The notes below the pieces were generated by a model. That model ran no database searches, was not told the origin of the DNA, and saw nothing but the letters and a program-made list of their open reading frames with translations. This document shows, in pieces, positions 55,957 through 64,000 of a DNA stretch of 64,000 bases (position 1 is its first letter; each line of letters opens with the position of its first letter). The position numbers and the translations under genes were made by a program. The DNA is from Bacteroidia bacterium (GTDB lineage: Bacteria > Bacteroidota > Bacteroidia > NS11-12g > UBA955), in assembly GCA_030158725.1 (NCBI GenBank), contig JAOASJ010000031.1, forward strand, positions 6,504 to 70,503. The letters are read 5' to 3'.

Positions 55957-56617
55957 TATGCACACAGAAGACCACGACCACGAGCACGACCACGATTTCG
56001 ACGATTCACACATTGATACTCCAATGCGCAATGATGCATTTGATAAATCTGATGATGAAAAAATCGAGATTATACAAGAGCATTTTAAAGCTATAATGGA
56101 AACCCTAGGATTGGATTTAAATGATGACAGTCTTAAAGGTACACCAAAACGCGTGGCTAAAATGTATGTCAAGGAAATGTTCTGGGGATTGAACCCAAAC
56201 AACAAACCTGAAGTATCGCATTTTAAAAACAAGTTTAGATACAATGAAATGCTTATCGAGAAGGATATTCATTTCTATACCAACTGCGAACATCATTTTG
56301 TGCCTTTCTTTGGTAATGCGCACATCGCTTATATTCCTAATGGTAAAGTAATCGGTTTGTCAAAGCTTAATAGAATTGTTGAGTATTTTGCCAAACGCCC
56401 GCAAGTTCAAGAGCGCATGACTATGCAAATTTCTAATGAACTAAAGAAAATTCTGGGAACAGATAACGTTGCAGTCATTATCAATGCAAAGCATTTATGC
56501 GTAGCCAGTCGCGGTATCAAAGACAACAGCAGCCATACAACTACTTCTGAATATTCTGGTCGATTCAACGACCCTGAAACAAGAAATGAGTTGCACCGTC
56601 TGCTTGCTTTGAATTAG
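55943..56617 (+). CDS. folE: GTP cyclohydrolase I (FolE) with a His/Asp-rich N-terminal extension.
   Basis: Active-site region CEHHFVPFFG and the overall FolE length. The N-terminus reads MTANNMHTEDHDHEHDHDFDDSH. The start overlaps the queD 3' end. An alternative ATG at 55958 retains the tail. Confidence 0.9.
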   Translation: MTANNMHTEDHDHEHDHDFDDSHIDTPMRNDAFDKSDDEKIEIIQEHFKAIMETLGLDLNDDSLKGTPKRVAKMYVKEMFWGLNPNNKPEVSHFKNKFRYNEMLIEKDIHFYTNCEHHFVPFFGNAHIAYIPNGKVIGLSKLNRIVEYFAKRPQVQERMTMQISNELKKILGTDNVAVIINAKHLCVASRGIKDNSSHTTTSEYSGRFNDPETRNELHRLLALN

Positions 56618-56668
56618 TTCCTTTTATTTCCTTAATTTCTTTATTTTCGCATCTTTCAATCAAATAAT

Positions 56669-59600
56669 ATGAATAGATTATTATGCCTTCTTTTGCTTAC
56701 GCCGTTTATCCTGAAAGCGGATTCAGTATTTCAATACAAAGATTATTGGAAAAACAGAAAACCCAATGCAGCCTATTGGCAACAAGATGTTCATTACACC
56801 ATTCAAGCGAATATTGATGATAAGAAAGATGAAATAACTGGTACTGAAACTTTAGTATATTATAACAACAGTCCAGATGTATTAAACAAAGTATACTTCC
56901 ATTTATATCAAAATGCTTTCCAACCTGGAAGTTATGCCCATGCATTGAATGAAGTAAACAATGAAGAAACTAAATTCGGCAAATATGAAGCCCTGAAAAT
57001 GGGAACCGTAATTGATGGTTTTAAAATAAACGGTCAAGATGTTACCTATGTAATTGATAACACCATATTAATTGCAAGTCTCGCAAAACCGCTAGCTCCT
57101 GGTGAATCTGTAACTTTCAATATAAGTTTTAGAACCTACTGGGACAATGGTACCATGAGAAGACGTTTTAAGACCTTTACACCAGATGGAATCAACAAAC
57201 ATTTTGATGGGGTGCATTGGTATCCAAGAATATGTGTTTACGATAGAAAGTTTGGTTGGGAAACCGATCAACACCTCGGTAAAGAGTTTTATGGCGATTA
57301 TGGCGTATTCGATGTTCAATTAAATTTTCCATCTAACTATGTGGTTGAAGCAACAGGAACTCTGCAAAATGAATCAACTGTTATGCCTGCCGATTTGCGT
57401 AAAAGTTTGGATATAGCCAATTATTCAGTAGAACAAGTAGGTGCTAATGGTAAAACCAAAAGAGTTCCTACCAACTATAAATACACTATTCCAGGAGATT
57501 CAAGAAAAACATGGATTTACCACGCTGAAAATGTGCATGACTTTGCATTTACTGCCGACCCAACCTATAGAATGGCCGAAGTAATGTGGAATGGTATCCG
57601 TTGTATTGCCTTGGCACAAGAACAAAATGCACCATACTGGTATCCAACTGCTGCTTTTGTTGCCAAGGTTGTTGAGACCTACAGCAATGATTTCGGTATG
57701 TATGGTTGGCCTAAAATTGTTGCAGCAGATGCACGCGATGGTATGGAATATCCAATGATTACTTTAAATGGAGGAAATTGGCCTGGTCACCAATACGTTA
57801 TAGCGCATGAAGTTGGCCACAACTGGTTTTTTGGTATGATTGGCAACAATGAAACTTACAGAGCAATGCTCGATGAAGGTTTCACTCAGTTCTTAACTTC
57901 ATGGAGTATCAAACGATACAACAATATTCCTATGCATGCCAATGCTTACGACGAACAAGCGGTATACAATGGATACTTAAACGATGCAATAAATAAAAAT
58001 GATGAACCATTAAATACCCATAGCGACGATTTTGGTTCTGCTATTGGACACGGTGGTGGATATAGACATGTGTATTACAAAACAGCAACAATGTTGTACA
58101 ACCTACAATATGTTCTAGGTGATACTTTGTTTTTGAGTTCAATGAAACATTATTTCAATAAATGGAAATTTGCACATCCTTATCCAGATGATTTTAGACA
58201 AGCCATTATTGAATACAGTAAAGTTGATTTGAATTGGTTTTTCGATCAGTGGATGGAAACCACCAAGTCTATAGACTATAAATTAATTGGATTCCAAAGA
58301 ATTAAACGCAATTCTAACGATGGTAAATATTACTATCAAATAGAACTGAAACGCAAAGGCGATATGCAAATGCCTATTGACTTAACCATTAAAGATAGGA
58401 AAAATCAAAATTATGAATACCTAATTCCAAATACCTATTTCGCAAAACAAGAGGGTAGGACTGTGCTCAAAACTTGGAAAGGTTGGGGTTTGCTAAACCA
58501 AAAGTACCTAGATACTGTTGTGTTGAACAGCAAAATCAGAACAATAGAAATAGATACCACCCACCGTTTAGCAGATATATATAGATTGGATAATCGTATG
58601 GATGGTTATAATTACGCTCTACCTTCAATTGTGAAATTCGATAAAGGCATTGCTCAAACCTCTAGCTTTAACCATCAGAATGTTTATCTGCGTCCAGATT
58701 TGTGGTTTAACGCTGTAGATGGAATGAAAATAGGTATGCATACCCGCTTTGAATACGCTAAAGTTAAACATGTGCTTGACTTTAATCTTTGGTACAATTC
58801 AGGTATAGGTGCTGAACAAAAATATACCACAAATGTTAGACGACCTTTGTCTTACAGACTTCAATATTCTAATCTTGTCGGCAGAGATGCTTATGTTTTC
58901 TGGGATACAAGATACCTAGATGGGGTATATTATGATGATTTAGGATTCAAAAAAACTTTCGGTAAAAACTTCGTTAACATTCATTTCAAGTCTATTTCTA
59001 TGGATAGCAATGCGAGTGTTTACTGGCCTTATGCTGCGAGTGTAAACCGCGAGTACAAAAGTAACCGCAGTATCATCATCGATTTTAATAGAAACTACCG
59101 TTACAAAAGAGGAAATGGTATCATTAAGTCATCTTTGAGAGGTAGCAGTCTAACTAAAGATTATGCGTATGGTTCTTTTAAATTGGAGGTATTAAACAAC
59201 AACCATTTTGGAAAATTAGATATTAAAACTAGATTCTATTTCCAACATATTGAAGGTAGTTCTATTCCTGAAGAAGTGATGCTTAATTTGGCATCTGCCA
59301 ATATGGAAGAAATGCTAGAAAGCAAATTTACCCGCTCACGTGGCTGGATTCCTCAAGAGTATTTAGGTTATGGCAACAGCACCAACCATTTTCAAATTGG
59401 TGGTGGACTTAACTTGCGTGGTTATGCCGGTTATTTAGCACCTGTAACTAAAGACAACTTAGTTTACCAACTTTACAAAGGAAATGGCGGTGTGTCTGCT
59501 TCAGTTGAAATAGACTTCGACCGCTTTGTGAAATTTGCCCCTAAAATTACTAGAAATTGGTTGAAAATGGATTTATATGCTTTTGCTGATGCAGGTGTAT

Positions 59601-59815
59601 TATACAACACTAATGTCCTTAACTCTGTGTATTCTCCATTAAGAATGGATGCTGGTCTTGGAACTTGTATGACCATTTCAAAATGGGGTAAACGCAATTT
59701 AATTCAACCTTTCACTCTTCGATTTGATATGCCATTTGTTTTGAACACTGCCCCATATGCTGATAAAGGATATGTGCAAAGTCGTTGGGTAATTGGAATT
59801 GGTAGAAGCTTTTAA
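56669..59815 (+). CDS. M1 family zinc metallopeptidase (aminopeptidase N-like) with a long C-terminal extension.
   Basis: Signal peptide. Zinc motif HEVGHNWFFG with a downstream Glu (LDEGFTQF). 1048 aa. The C-terminal roughly 450 aa are beta-rich and of unknown function. Confidence 0.8.
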   Translation: MNRLLCLLLLTPFILKADSVFQYKDYWKNRKPNAAYWQQDVHYTIQANIDDKKDEITGTETLVYYNNSPDVLNKVYFHLYQNAFQPGSYAHALNEVNNEETKFGKYEALKMGTVIDGFKINGQDVTYVIDNTILIASLAKPLAPGESVTFNISFRTYWDNGTMRRRFKTFTPDGINKHFDGVHWYPRICVYDRKFGWETDQHLGKEFYGDYGVFDVQLNFPSNYVVEATGTLQNESTVMPADLRKSLDIANYSVEQVGANGKTKRVPTNYKYTIPGDSRKTWIYHAENVHDFAFTADPTYRMAEVMWNGIRCIALAQEQNAPYWYPTAAFVAKVVETYSNDFGMYGWPKIVAADARDGMEYPMITLNGGNWPGHQYVIAHEVGHNWFFGMIGNNETYRAMLDEGFTQFLTSWSIKRYNNIPMHANAYDEQAVYNGYLNDAINKNDEPLNTHSDDFGSAIGHGGGYRHVYYKTATMLYNLQYVLGDTLFLSSMKHYFNKWKFAHPYPDDFRQAIIEYSKVDLNWFFDQWMETTKSIDYKLIGFQRIKRNSNDGKYYYQIELKRKGDMQMPIDLTIKDRKNQNYEYLIPNTYFAKQEGRTVLKTWKGWGLLNQKYLDTVVLNSKIRTIEIDTTHRLADIYRLDNRMDGYNYALPSIVKFDKGIAQTSSFNHQNVYLRPDLWFNAVDGMKIGMHTRFEYAKVKHVLDFNLWYNSGIGAEQKYTTNVRRPLSYRLQYSNLVGRDAYVFWDTRYLDGVYYDDLGFKKTFGKNFVNIHFKSISMDSNASVYWPYAASVNREYKSNRSIIIDFNRNYRYKRGNGIIKSSLRGSSLTKDYAYGSFKLEVLNNNHFGKLDIKTRFYFQHIEGSSIPEEVMLNLASANMEEMLESKFTRSRGWIPQEYLGYGNSTNHFQIGGGLNLRGYAGYLAPVTKDNLVYQLYKGNGGVSASVEIDFDRFVKFAPKITRNWLKMDLYAFADAGVLYNTNVLNSVYSPLRMDAGLGTCMTISKWGKRNLIQPFTLRFDMPFVLNTAPYADKGYVQSRWVIGIGRSF

Positions 59816-59821
59816 TCGTAT

Positions 59822-60019
59822 ATGAAAAATCAATTTAAAAAGCTGGCTGTATTAATTGGGTTTGTCACCTTATTTGTTGGATCTGCTTTGTTTATGTATT
59901 TTAAATACATACACAATAAACCCAAAATAAAAATAATAGCACCCAAAACAGAGGTGGATCCCATGAAGTTTGATAGCTTATTATATGAGCAAAACAAAGA
60001 CAAACAAATCGCTAAATAA
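59822..60019 (+). CDS. Hypothetical small membrane protein.
   Basis: 65 aa with a single TM (LAVLIGFVTLFVGSALFMYF). Starts 7 nt after the upstream stop. Confidence 0.3.
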   Translation: MKNQFKKLAVLIGFVTLFVGSALFMYFKYIHNKPKIKIIAPKTEVDPMKFDSLLYEQNKDKQIAK

Positions 60020-60056
60020 GCGGGATTGATTTGTCTTTACTTAATCCTAATGTATT

Positions 60057-61094
60057 CTATTTTTTAAGCAATTCATCAAGCGCTTTTTGATAGCGCTTGG
60101 CGTTTTGTAAATGCAAATTATAATCTTTTGCAAAGTTGTGATAGCCACTGAAATCTTCTTTGGCACACATATATAAATAGTTATGGCTTGCTGCATTTAA
60201 GACCGCATCTATTGATTGTTTGGATGGAACACAAATTGGTCCCGGAGGTAAGCCTTTGTTTAAATAGGTGTTGTATGGAGATTGAACACTTAAATGTACC
60301 TTTAATACGCGCTTTAATCCTGGTTGATTTAAAGCAAACTTAATGGTTGGGTCTGCTTGCAAAGGCATACCTATACGCAAGCGGTTTAAATACATACCCG
60401 CGACCATTGGCATTTCATCGTTTTTATTCGTTTCCTTAGAAACAATGCTCGCCAATATAGAAACTTCTATAGGCGACAAGCCAACTGATGAACTTCCCAT
60501 TAAACTTGATGCTTTTTTTCTGCGCTCTGAGTTCCAAAATTTTTCATATTCTAAAGCCAGTTTAATAATTAATTCGTCTGCTTCTGTGTGCCAATACAAA
60601 TTATAAGTATCGGGCAAAATCATTGCATAAATGGTCTCCTTTCCAAATCCAAATTGCCTACAAAATGCAGTATCACTCAATATCTTATAATAATCTATGC
60701 TATCACCTTCTAATTTTTCGCCACAAAGCGCTGCAAATTTTTCCAAGGTGATTAAAGGCCTAATAACCAAGTTGACTGTTTTCATTTTGCCTTCTCTAAA
60801 AGTTTTAGCCAATTCAACAAGATTCATGCTAGGGCTTACCGTGTAACGTCCTGCTTTTACCCATCTGTTCAAATTGATTTTATTAGAAATAGCTTCGAAG
60901 ATGAAAGGGAACTTTAATCCATAATTAGATTCTAATTTTTTACTTATGGTTTGAATATTATCAGTACTATCTATATAAACAAATTGCTCTTTGCTGATTT
61001 TTAAAGCAGGTGATTTGTAAATGTAAATACCAACAATACTCAACAAGATTAAGCTCGAGATAATTACAATTAATAAGGATTTAATAAGCTTCAT
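60057..61094 (-). CDS. mltG: Endolytic murein transglycosylase MltG (YceG family).
   Basis: N-terminal TM and a YceG-like domain (VTIPEGsimilar: RYTVSPSMNLVELAKTF...LQADPT...GLPPGPIC). 345 aa. Confidence 0.75.
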   Translation of the reverse strand: MKLIKSLLIVIISSLILLSIVGIYIYKSPALKISKEQFVYIDSTDNIQTISKKLESNYGLKFPFIFEAISNKINLNRWVKAGRYTVSPSMNLVELAKTFREGKMKTVNLVIRPLITLEKFAALCGEKLEGDSIDYYKILSDTAFCRQFGFGKETIYAMILPDTYNLYWHTEADELIIKLALEYEKFWNSERRKKASSLMGSSSVGLSPIEVSILASIVSKETNKNDEMPMVAGMYLNRLRIGMPLQADPTIKFALNQPGLKRVLKVHLSVQSPYNTYLNKGLPPGPICVPSKQSIDAVLNAASHNYLYMCAKEDFSGYHNFAKDYNLHLQNAKRYQKALDELLKK

Positions 61095-61202
61095 TTCTTA
61101 TGCAAACTTACTTTTTATTCTTCAAATCATGAAGTCAAATTCTTGTTGATGACTATTTTAAATCTAGGTTTAAATTCTAATGCTAAGACCTTATTTTTGC
61201 AT

Positions 61203-61745
61203 ATGGAATTGATTGAAACGGGTTTTAAAGGGTTATTGTTAATTAAACCCAAAGTATTTAAAGATGAAAGAGGATATTTCTTCGAGTCGTTTAATCAAGA
61301 TAAGTTTGAATCCATTGGTATAATTGAGAAATTTACTCAAGACAATCAATCTCTTTCTAATAAAGGAATTGTTCGAGGCTTGCATTTTCAAACACCACCA
61401 CATGCACAAGGCAAATTGGTAAGAGTAATAAAAGGCGCCGTTCAAGATGTGGTTGTCGATATTAGAAAAAATTCAACAACCTACGGAAAGAGTTATTCAG
61501 TTGAGTTAAGTGAAGACAATTTTTTAATGTTGTATATACCACCTGGATTTGCCCACGGTTTTGCAACCTTAGAAGACCAAACCATTTTTTCATATAAATG
61601 CACAGATACTTACCACCCTGAATGTGAAGGTGGCTTGGCTTGGGATGATAGAGAGTTTGCTATTGAATGGTCGGTTACCAATCCAATTTTATCTGAAAAA
61701 GATAAAAAATACCAAGCCTTCAGCTTGTTTGTTTCTCCTTTCTAA
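61203..61745 (+). CDS. rfbC: dTDP-4-dehydrorhamnose 3,5-epimerase.
   Basis: RmlC cupin signature (FKDERGYFFESFN...VRGLHFQ...QGKLVRV...PPGFAHGF). The start is set at MELIETGF, later than the track's 61143. Confidence 0.85.
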   Translation: MELIETGFKGLLLIKPKVFKDERGYFFESFNQDKFESIGIIEKFTQDNQSLSNKGIVRGLHFQTPPHAQGKLVRVIKGAVQDVVVDIRKNSTTYGKSYSVELSEDNFLMLYIPPGFAHGFATLEDQTIFSYKCTDTYHPECEGGLAWDDREFAIEWSVTNPILSEKDKKYQAFSLFVSPF

Positions 61746-63380
61746 TTAACGTTCAACAACCTCAGCCAATACTCTGAAACCTAATGTTGCATTGGGCTCT
61801 GAGTATCTTTCTTTGGATATTATCATGATGTCATACTGGGTTGAAATCCACGAACCTCCTTTAGATGTTCCTTTTTCTTCTATCATTTCTGCAACATTGC
61901 CTGAGCAGTTGTACATTCCATAGTTATTTGGAAAATAGGAAGTGGTGAAATGCGGAATTAAAGCGCCATCAGCAGTTTTGTTCATTGCAATACCGTTGTT
62001 GTTAACCCAAGAATAGATATTGTTGCTGTCTTGATAAAGATATTGGTCCTCCAACGGTGCAAAATTAGCTAAATAACAACCTCGGCTATTTCTTGTGTAA
62101 CTTCCTCCCCAACCATATAGATTTTTATAACCTCCATAAGCAGCATGCATCCACTCATTTTCATTTGGCAATCTGAAAACCACTTTGTGATATTCTCTTT
62201 TGGGATTGGAATTGTATTTTTCACCCAACCATTTACAATAGGTTAGGGCAGATTCATAGGTAATTCCAACAACAGGAAAATTATTGAAGGCTGAATGCCA
62301 AGCATATTGTTCAAAATAGCTGTATCTAAAAAATGGTTTCCAAATTCCAACTTTGGGTTTTAAAATGCTGTCTGTGTTTTCTATTAAAAACTGTTTGTAT
62401 TCTAAATTGCTAATTTCATTGCTCATGAATTTAAAATTATCAGAGTTGTTCTGTTTTGGAATGTACTCAAATCCATTTGAATTCATTTTATTTTGAATCT
62501 CAAATTTAGGGATTGTTTTATTGTCATAGGTTTCTACTACCTCAATAACATATCTAAATCCTATATGTGAAGAAGCTGTTCCGTCTTTTGAATATTGTGC
62601 AACATAGTTTATTCGACAGTTATAGGGTGTTGTATTCCAACTGCCTCCTTTTGAAAGTCCTTCTTGCTCTAGCCATTCAGCAACATTACCACTCATATTG
62701 TATAAACCAAATGCATTCGGCCAGTAAGAGTATACCTCAGTTGTTATCATCGTATTATATGGTTGAAGTGTTTCATGTGAAATGGTGCCCATCTTACAGT
62801 TTAATAAAAATTTACCAATATGCTTTTTGTCTGGACCGCAATACCTCACACCCTCACATGCCCAAGGAAAATTAGTCCCAGGTTTTTGGCCACCTTCTGC
62901 CGCCATTATCCATTCTGTCTCACTAGGAAGTCTAACAATTACTTTTTTGATTTTGCTATCTGTATTGGTTTTGAAGAATTCATTGTATGTATCTTGAATC
63001 CAATTGCAATAAGCCTGAGCCTGCTTTTGACTCACTCCAACTACTGGCATATTTTGAAATGCATTGGATTGGAAATAGCTGTTTTTAAATGATTCAATTC
63101 CTTTACCCCAAACATTGGTGTCAGGTTGCACTTTATTGAACACTGAATTATCATTTGATTTCACCCATTGCAAAAAAGTCTTGTATTCTAGGTTGCTAAC
63201 TTCAGTTTCTTTCATATACAAATAACTACTTTGTATCGGTTTTGAACCTTTTAAAACACTACCGTCTACTATTATAGGCATGTAGAAATTATTAGGATAT
63301 TGAATATTTTTAGAATGGACCAAAAGGCTTGTAAATGCTATGCTTAAGAATAGAAATATGTATTTCGTATGCATAAACAA
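61746..63380 (-). CDS. Tandem-duplicated formylglycine-generating-enzyme (SUMF1/FGE) fold protein, GldJ/GldK-like.
   Basis: Two FGE-like halves, each with the PVVGVS/PVVGIT...YC.W and Y(N)MSGNVAEW / YNCSGNVAEM signatures. Signal peptide with no lipobox Cys. 544 aa. Confidence 0.55.
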   Translation of the reverse strand: MFMHTKYIFLFLSIAFTSLLVHSKNIQYPNNFYMPIIVDGSVLKGSKPIQSSYLYMKETEVSNLEYKTFLQWVKSNDNSVFNKVQPDTNVWGKGIESFKNSYFQSNAFQNMPVVGVSQKQAQAYCNWIQDTYNEFFKTNTDSKIKKVIVRLPSETEWIMAAEGGQKPGTNFPWACEGVRYCGPDKKHIGKFLLNCKMGTISHETLQPYNTMITTEVYSYWPNAFGLYNMSGNVAEWLEQEGLSKGGSWNTTPYNCRINYVAQYSKDGTASSHIGFRYVIEVVETYDNKTIPKFEIQNKMNSNGFEYIPKQNNSDNFKFMSNEISNLEYKQFLIENTDSILKPKVGIWKPFFRYSYFEQYAWHSAFNNFPVVGITYESALTYCKWLGEKYNSNPKREYHKVVFRLPNENEWMHAAYGGYKNLYGWGGSYTRNSRGCYLANFAPLEDQYLYQDSNNIYSWVNNNGIAMNKTADGALIPHFTTSYFPNNYGMYNCSGNVAEMIEEKGTSKGGSWISTQYDIMIISKERYSEPNATLGFRVLAEVVER

Positions 63381-63492
63381 ATATACTTTTTTAAAATATA
63401 TTTTTGGAATCTAATTAAATGTTTCTATAATTGTGGCAACGATTGTTGAAAACTTTAATTATTGAAACACACCAATAAAAATCAACAACAAT

Positions 63493-63870
63493 ATGAAGCA
63501 ATTTTATTTGAATCTAAAATGGGTACCTGAATTTTATTTTATCATGGTTTCCATTCTATGGTTTTACCTTTCTGTAAACATTCAACACAGCAACAATGTG
63601 AATTTTCCTGCTGTTATTTTAATTGTATTGTTTCACATGCAATTGTTTATGAACGACCAGAAACTTGGTAAGGTCTTAGCCGCAATTGTAGCCATTGGCT
63701 CTTTTGTTTTATTGTATATTTTATCGCAAAGAATATTGAATTCTATGCAATTCGATCAAGATTCACAAATGTATACATTAGGAATAGGCAATTTGATTAT
63801 TGTGAATTTCATCATGGCAATTCTTATGTATAGAAAACATAGAATTTCCGAAAGCGCAATAGAAGCTTAA
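63493..63870 (+). CDS. Hypothetical small membrane protein.
   Basis: 125 aa with 3-4 TM helices. No motif recognised. Confidence 0.3.
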   Translation: MKQFYLNLKWVPEFYFIMVSILWFYLSVNIQHSNNVNFPAVILIVLFHMQLFMNDQKLGKVLAAIVAIGSFVLLYILSQRILNSMQFDQDSQMYTLGIGNLIIVNFIMAILMYRKHRISESAIEA

Positions 63871-63877
63871 GTTTTTC

Positions 63878-64000
63878 TTACTGGTCTAACGCCTCAGTAA
63901 CTGCTTTATTCAAAGCCTTAGGATCTGCCTTTCCTTTACTTAATTTCATTGCTTCACCAATAAATAAGCCCAATAAGCCTTTTTTACCAGCTTTGTATTC
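63878..64000 (-). CDS. GatB/YqeY-domain protein, C-terminal fragment. Partial: the gene continues beyond the window end.
   Basis: The reverse-strand translation ends ...EYKAGKKGLLGLFIGEAMKLSKGKADPKALNKAVTEALDQ*, which resembles the GatB/YqeY C-terminal helix. Confidence 0.35.
   Translation of the reverse strand, partial: EYKAGKKGLLGLFIGEAMKLSKGKADPKALNKAVTEALDQ

Noticed and set aside
55970-55996. A short tandem hexanucleotide repeat considered as a CRISPR or other repeat array.
   Set aside because: It has only about 4 units, is in frame within folE and encodes the His/Asp tail. It is not a spacer-repeat architecture. No CRISPR array was seen anywhere in the window.

Overview
This window is a low-GC Bacteroidota chromosome segment, probably Flavobacteriia- or Sphingobacteriia-like. 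The phylum call rests on several T9SS type-A and type-B C-terminal sorting domains, Bacteroidetes TAnnTTTG -7 promoter boxes and a ribosomal protein THX. It is gene-dense with about 60 CDS, mostly housekeeping: folC, pyrR-pyrB, panE, asd, argS, purD, queD-folE, mltG, rfbC and a tRNA-Leu(CAA). It also carries an O-antigen/polysaccharide locus and metal-ion homeostasis genes. I found no CRISPR array, insertion sequence or integrase.

The most interesting segment is a nine-gene, same-strand, tightly packed putative operon at about 16966-24532. It encodes an ECF sigma factor, a small single-TM anti-sigma candidate and a TM-anchored periplasmic metal-sensor candidate resembling the CnrH/CnrY/CnrX layout. 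These are followed by an MbnP-like protein, an MbnH-like di-haem cytochrome c peroxidase and three consecutive T9SS-exported proteins. The three exported proteins are an unknown protein, a multicopper oxidase and a YHYH protein. A thioredoxin-fold CxxC protein closes the run. This looks like an extracytoplasmic copper/redox module with its own sensing system.

Other notable items are a chromosomal class D (OXA-like) beta-lactamase, a SulP-beta-carbonic anhydrase fusion and a GH3/NagZ-serine hydrolase fusion. There is also an ECF sigma translationally coupled to a fused CrtYcd-type lycopene cyclase domain protein. A 440-bp AT-rich divergent intergenic region carries two perfect palindromes upstream of queD-folE. 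FolE itself has a His/Asp-rich N-terminal tail encoded by a hexanucleotide repeat.

Every functional call is a motif-level inference from the translated ORFs. No database search was possible.
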